A stretch of DNA of 64,000 nt from Squalus acanthias (lineage: Eukaryota), in NCBI GenBank assembly GCA_030390025.1, contig CM059432.1, positions 128,962,001 through 129,026,000 on the forward strand, written 5' to 3'. Shown one piece after another: positions 59,014-64,000 of this stretch (its first letter is position 1; each line of letters starts with the position of its first letter). The notes beneath the pieces were generated by a model. The model was not told where the DNA came from, did not search any database, and saw only the letters and a program-made list of their open reading frames with translations. The translations under genes were made by a program, and so were the position numbers.

Positions 59014-61948
59014 ATGCAGTCAGAAACAAATGTTAGAAGGGTGAGAAACAATAGTGGAAGGCCGAGTAAACAAAGGCAAGAAACACAAAGGGCCATACTA
59101 AATCATAAGTCTAAAAGGACAAAGGATGTTAATAAAACAAGCCTAAAGGCTCTGTGTCTTAATGCAAGGAGTATCCATAATAAGGTGGATGAATTGACTG
59201 TGCAAATAGATGTTAATGAGTACGATGTGATTGGGATTACAGAGACGTGGCTCCAGAACAATCAAGGCTGGGAACTGAACATCCAGGGGTATTCAACATT
59301 CAGAAAGGATAGAATAAAAGGAAAAGGGGGTGGGGTAGCATTGCTGGTTAAAGAGGAGATTAATGCAATAGCTAGGAAGGACATCAGCTTGGAGGATGTG
59401 GAATCAATATGGGTTGAGCTGCAGAACACCAAAGGGCAGAAAACGTTAGTGGGAGTTGTGTACAGACCTCCAAACAGCAGTAGTGAGGTGGGGGAGGGTA
59501 TGAAACAGGAAATCAGAGGTGCGTGCAAAAAAGGCACGGCAGTTATCATGGGTGACTTTAATATGCATATAGACTGGGCTACTCAAACTGGAAGCAATAC
59601 GGTGGAGGAGGATTTCCTGGAGTGTTTAAGGGATGGTTTCCTAAACCAATATGTTGAGGAACCAACTCGAGGGGAGGCCATCCTGGACTGGGTGTTGTGT
59701 AATGAGGAAGGACTAATCAGCAATCTTGTGGTACGAGGCCCCCTGGGGAAGAGTGACCATAGTATGGTGGAGTTCTACATTAGGATGGAGAAGGAAACAG
59801 TTAAGTCAGAGACCATGATCCAGAACTTAAATAAGGGCAACTTTGAGGGTATGAGGTGTGAATTGGCGAGGTTAAATTGGCAAGCGATATTTAAGGGGCT
59901 ATCAGTGGAAGGGCAATGGCAGACATTTAGAGATCGCATGGATGAACTACAACAATTGTACATCCCGGTCTGGCGTAAAAATTAAAAAGGGAAGGTGGCT
60001 CAACCATGGCTAACAAGGGAAATCAGGAATAGTATTAAAACCAAGGAAGTTGCATACAAATTGGCCAGAAGTAGCAGCAAACCCGGGGACTGGGAGAACT
60101 TCAAAACTCAGCAGAGGAGGACGAAGGGTTTGATTAGGGCAGGGAAAATAAAATATGAAAGGAAGCTTGCAGAGAACATTAAAATGGACTGCAAAAGCTT
60201 CTATAAATATGTAAAAAGAAAGAGGTTAGTAAAAACAAACGTAGGTCCCCTGCAGTCGGAAACAGGGGAAGTCGTAATGGGGAACAAGGAAATGGCAGAT
60301 CAATTGAACAAGTACTTTGGTTCGGTGTTTACTGTGGAGGACACACACAACCTGCCGGAAATAAAAGGGGTCAGAGGATCTGGTAAGAGGGAGAGCTGAG
60401 GGAAATCCTTATTAGTCGGGAAAAGGTATTGGGGAAATTGATGGGACTGAAGGCTGAAAAATCCCCGGGGCCTGATGGTCTGCATCCCAGAGTACTTAAG
60501 GAGGTGGCCTTGGAAATAGTGGATGCATTGACGATCATTTTCCAACATTCCTTAGACTCTGGATCAGTTCCGATGGAGTGGAGGGTGGCCAATGTAACCC
60601 CTCTTTTTAAAAAAGGAGGGAGGGAGAAAGCAGGGAATTATAGACCGGTCAGCCTGACATCGGTCGTGGGTAAAATGATGGAAGCAATTATTAAAGATGT
60701 CATAACAGACCATTTGGAAAGTGGCGACATGATAGGTCCAAGTCAGCATGGATTTGTGAAAGGGAAATCATGCTTGACAAATCTTCTGGAATTTTTTGAG
60801 GATGTTTCCAATAGGGTGGACAGGGGGGAACCAGTAGATGTGGTGTATTTGGACTTTCAGAAGGCCTTCGACAAGGTTCCACACAAGAGATTGGTGAGCA
60901 AAGTTAAAGCACATGGGATTGGGGGTAATGTGTTGACGTGGATTGAGAACTGGTTGGCACACAGGAAACAAAGAGTAGGAGTAAATGGGTACTTTTCAGA
61001 ATGGCAGGCAGTGACCAGCGGGGTACCGCAGGGTTCGGTGCTGGGACCCCAGCTGTTTACATTATATATTAATGATTTGGACGAAGGGATTAAATGTAAT
61101 ATCTCCAAATTTGCGGATGACACTAAATTGGGAGGCAGTGTGAACAATGAGGAGGATGCTAGGAGGCTACAGAGTGACTTGGACAGGTTGGGTGAATGGG
61201 CAAATGTATGGCAGATGAAGTACAATGTGGATAAATGTGAGGTTATCCACTTTGGTGGTAAAAATAGAGAGGCGGACTATTACCTAATGGTGGCAGATTA
61301 GGGAAAGGGGAGGTGCAACGAGACCTGGGCGTCATGGTACATCAGTCACTGAAGGTGGGAATGCAAGTGCAGCAGGCAGTCAAGAAAGCAAACGGAATGA
61401 TGGCCTTCATAGTAAGGGGATTTGAGTACAGGAGTAGGGAGGTGATGCTGCAGTTGTACAGGGCCTTGGTGAGGCCACACCTGGAGTATTGTGCGCAGTT
61501 TTGGTCTCCTAACTTAAGGAAGGACATTCTTGCTATTGAGGGAGTGCAGCGAAGGTTCACTAGATTGATTCCTGGGATGGCCGGACTGACATATCAAGAA
61601 AGATTGGGTCAACTGAACTTGTATCCTCTGGAGTTCAGAAGAATGAAGGGGGATCTTATAGAGACATTTAAAATCCTGACTGGTTTAGACAAATTAGATG
61701 CGGGCAGAATGTTCCCAATGGTAGGGAAAACTAGAACCAGGGGTCACAGTCTAAGGATTACGGGGAAGCCATTTAAGACTGTGCTGAGGAGGAACTTCTT
61801 CACCCAGAGAGTGGTGAATCTATGGAATTCTCTTCCACAGAAGGTTGTTGAGGCCAGTTCGCTAAATATATTCAAAAGGGAGTTAGATATAACACTCACA
61901 ACTAGGGGGATCAAGGGGTATGGCGAGAAAGCAGGAATGGGGTACTGA
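59014..61948 (+). pseudogene. CR1 ORF2 (APE endonuclease + RT), disrupted by one stop and two frameshifts
   Basis: NARS, GITETW, MGDFN, SDH; KSPGPDG, LDFQKAFD, GVPQGS, FADD. TAA at 59983; frame changes near 60390 and 61290. Confidence 0.92.
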
Positions 61949-62389
61949 GGTAGCATGTTCAGCCATGAACGCATTGAATGGCGGTGCAGGCTCGAAGGAC
62001 CGAATGGTCTACTCCTGTACCTATTTTCTATGTTTCTATGTTTCTATGACTCTAATGCTTAAGGACATTTTTGTGGGTTTTAGGACTTTTTTTACTCTGA
62101 CACAGATGGTTTCAATATCAGAAACCATCAAGTCACGCTGACTGTACAAGTGTCAATACATATGGTTAATGGTGGCTAACACTGATCTTGAATTTGAGAT
62201 AAGTATCAACCCCCTAATGTGTACGCTTCAAAAACAGCGAATGAAACCTTAAACAATTGAAGGCTATTCATTGATGTCCATGCTGCGAGAGCAATAAATC
62301 TTTCTGTTTTAGTTTAGGAGCATGCAATGTTTCAGTTGAAGGAATATAACTAAAAGGCATAAGCATTGTGACAGTTACAAATGTACTTC

Positions 62390-63084
62390 AGACAACATTC
62401 AATAGAATAAAGTTATCCCCCCAAAAAGGATATAACTAGCAGTAAGATAGATACAGAGTCCATATGGATTGAGTTAAAAGATAAGAAAGGATTCATCACC
62501 CTAATAGGTGTATACTATAGACTGCCAAATAGTGGAAGGGAATTGGAGGAAGAAATATGTAGGCAAATCTATGAGGTAAGTAGCAGGCATAGAATAATAA
62601 TCATGGACGATTTCAACTACCCCCAAAAAATTGGCAGGAAGAAGTGGAGAAAAGGGAATCGAGTTTTTACAGTGTATTCAGGACTCCATTCTCACTCAGT
62701 ATGTTAGAAGTCCAACAAGAAAAGAAACACTGCTGGATCTTGTAATGGGTAATGAACCAGAACAGATAGGAGCAGTAAGAGTAGGAGAGCATCAAAACAC
62801 AGTAAGGGTCAAGATTAGGATCGAGAGTGACGTAAGACAAAGACTAAGGTAATAGATTGGAAAAGAGCAAATTATGAGGAAATGAAGGTGAAACTTAAGC
62901 AGGTAAACTAAAAAAAAACTTGAAAAACAAAGAGACAAAAACAGTGGGAAATCTTTAAAAGGGTAATCAATACAGTTCAAGAGAAATGTATTTCACTAAA
63001 AGTGAAAAACAAGCAAACTAGTTATGGGGCACTGTGGATGAATAAAGAACTAAAGCGAAAATTGAATCTAAAGAAAAAGACAAA
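62390..63084 (+). mobile_element. Degenerate CR1 endonuclease fragment
   Basis: ESIWIEL, FLQCIQDSILTQYVRSPTR..LLDLVMGN. Confidence 0.8.
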
Positions 63085-63856
63085 GGGGGAAAAATTTGTC
63101 CCCTTAGCGCCTCCTGTTAGCGCCAGCAGATGGCGCTAAAGGGGCATTATCGTCGGGGTGAGGCGAATCCAGCAGCACACGCCAAATCCTGCCCCCGTGT
63201 AGCGCCGCCAGAAACAGTTATTGCCGGGAGCCTCAACGCCAGGTGGATCGTGACATCAGTGAGTGCGCAATGCTCACTAACTGCCTGATCTGCGAAATTG
63301 ATTGTCAACACCCACCTTAGTGCCTGGAGTAAACAGCGACAGGGAGAGCTGGCATGAAGCACCAGGAAGCCGGTTCCAGGGACGTTATTTAAAGGGATCA
63401 TCAGTAATGACTCGTAGCTCTCAGGTTAGTGCAGTTTCAGTGGTTTCTTGTCAGTTTCACATAGTCCAACAGTTTCATTCAGTAATTTCAAGGTACTTTT
63501 GTATTAGGAGTTTTGTGGCAACTAAAAAGTAGCTACATTTATTCTTAAAAAAATCAAACTTACACTTGGTAACATTAATGGGGGCTGTACTGGCAGTCGA
63601 CCTCGCCCTCCAGGATCTACAGCAGAGGAAGCATAGGCAGCAAGAATGATGGGAACATGTGCGCCGAGAGATGAGGAGAGGCATCACGGCTCTCAGCAGG
63701 AGGCCTTACTCTCCGAGGGTATTCCGAAAGCACTTCTCCTACCTTCAATGAAGCGAGGAGCAGTGTATTAGATGGCTCCGCTTCACCAAGGAGGTGGTCA
63801 CAGAACTCTGCCACCTCCTCCAAACAGACCTGCAGCCTCACACCAGGATAACTTAA
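63085..63856 (+). mobile_element. Harbinger transposon end with a transposase N-terminal fossil
   Basis: TIR GGGGGAAAAATTT with TTAGCGCC subterminal motifs as in MITE A. From ATG 63578: MGAVL...RRPYSPRVFRKHFSYLQ*SEEQCIRWLRFTKEVVTELCHLLQTDLQP, HARBI1-like, with two stops. Confidence 0.8.
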
Positions 63857-64000
63857 AGCCCAGATCCCCTTTGCTCACCACATCCCCATCATTCCATCCC
63901 TCTCGCAGGCCATTTCACACCGCAAAGCTGAAATGACAGACACCACAAAAGAATGGTAAGTGAATTAATAAATTTATCAAAAATCAATGAACACATATTT

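Larger units (their letters stand above)
58319..62048 (+). mobile_element. Near-full-length CR1 LINE (5'-truncated within ORF1)
   Basis: ORF1, ORF2 and (TTTCTATG)n tail; flanking TGACTCT direct repeat (58312-58318 and 62047-62053). Confidence 0.95.

Noticed and set aside
1..64000. CRISPR arrays, operons or prokaryotic defence/retron systems
   Set aside because: No regularly spaced repeat-spacer array; all RTs are eukaryotic non-LTR or Penelope types; GTG/TTG-started ORFs in the track are not meaningful here.

Overview
Eukaryotic (vertebrate) genomic DNA, not prokaryotic. The V-domain HE1-like SINE, the Deu-domain SINEs and the dense CR1 content point to a cartilaginous fish; this is an inference. 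Most of the window is nested transposable elements. These include CR1 LINEs (one 3.7-kb copy with SGNH-esterase ORF1 and an APE-RT ORF2 at 58319-62048), L2, a second CR1/L2-group LINE family, a Tx1-type LINE, two Penelope-like elements (RT + GIY-YIG) and several SINEs. There is also a PIF/Harbinger DNA-transposon system: seven ~0.9-kb non-autonomous copies of one family, other TIR families, a transposase fossil and two Myb/SANT fossils. Highlights: (1) minimal hammerhead-ribozyme motifs with compensatory stem changes in the Penelope 3' ends; (2) a Penelope copy with an inverted 3' repeat; (3) a MITE family that appears to be an internal deletion keeping the starts of both convergent Harbinger genes, with a C-NNN-G target preference that may explain a double insertion into a CR1 tail; (4) an isolated, decayed copy of TPP2 exon 1; (5) a tentative chain of minus-strand exon-like segments with PLAT-like and WSC-like motifs. 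No complete host gene could be identified. Most ORFs in the supplied track are repeat-derived or spurious.
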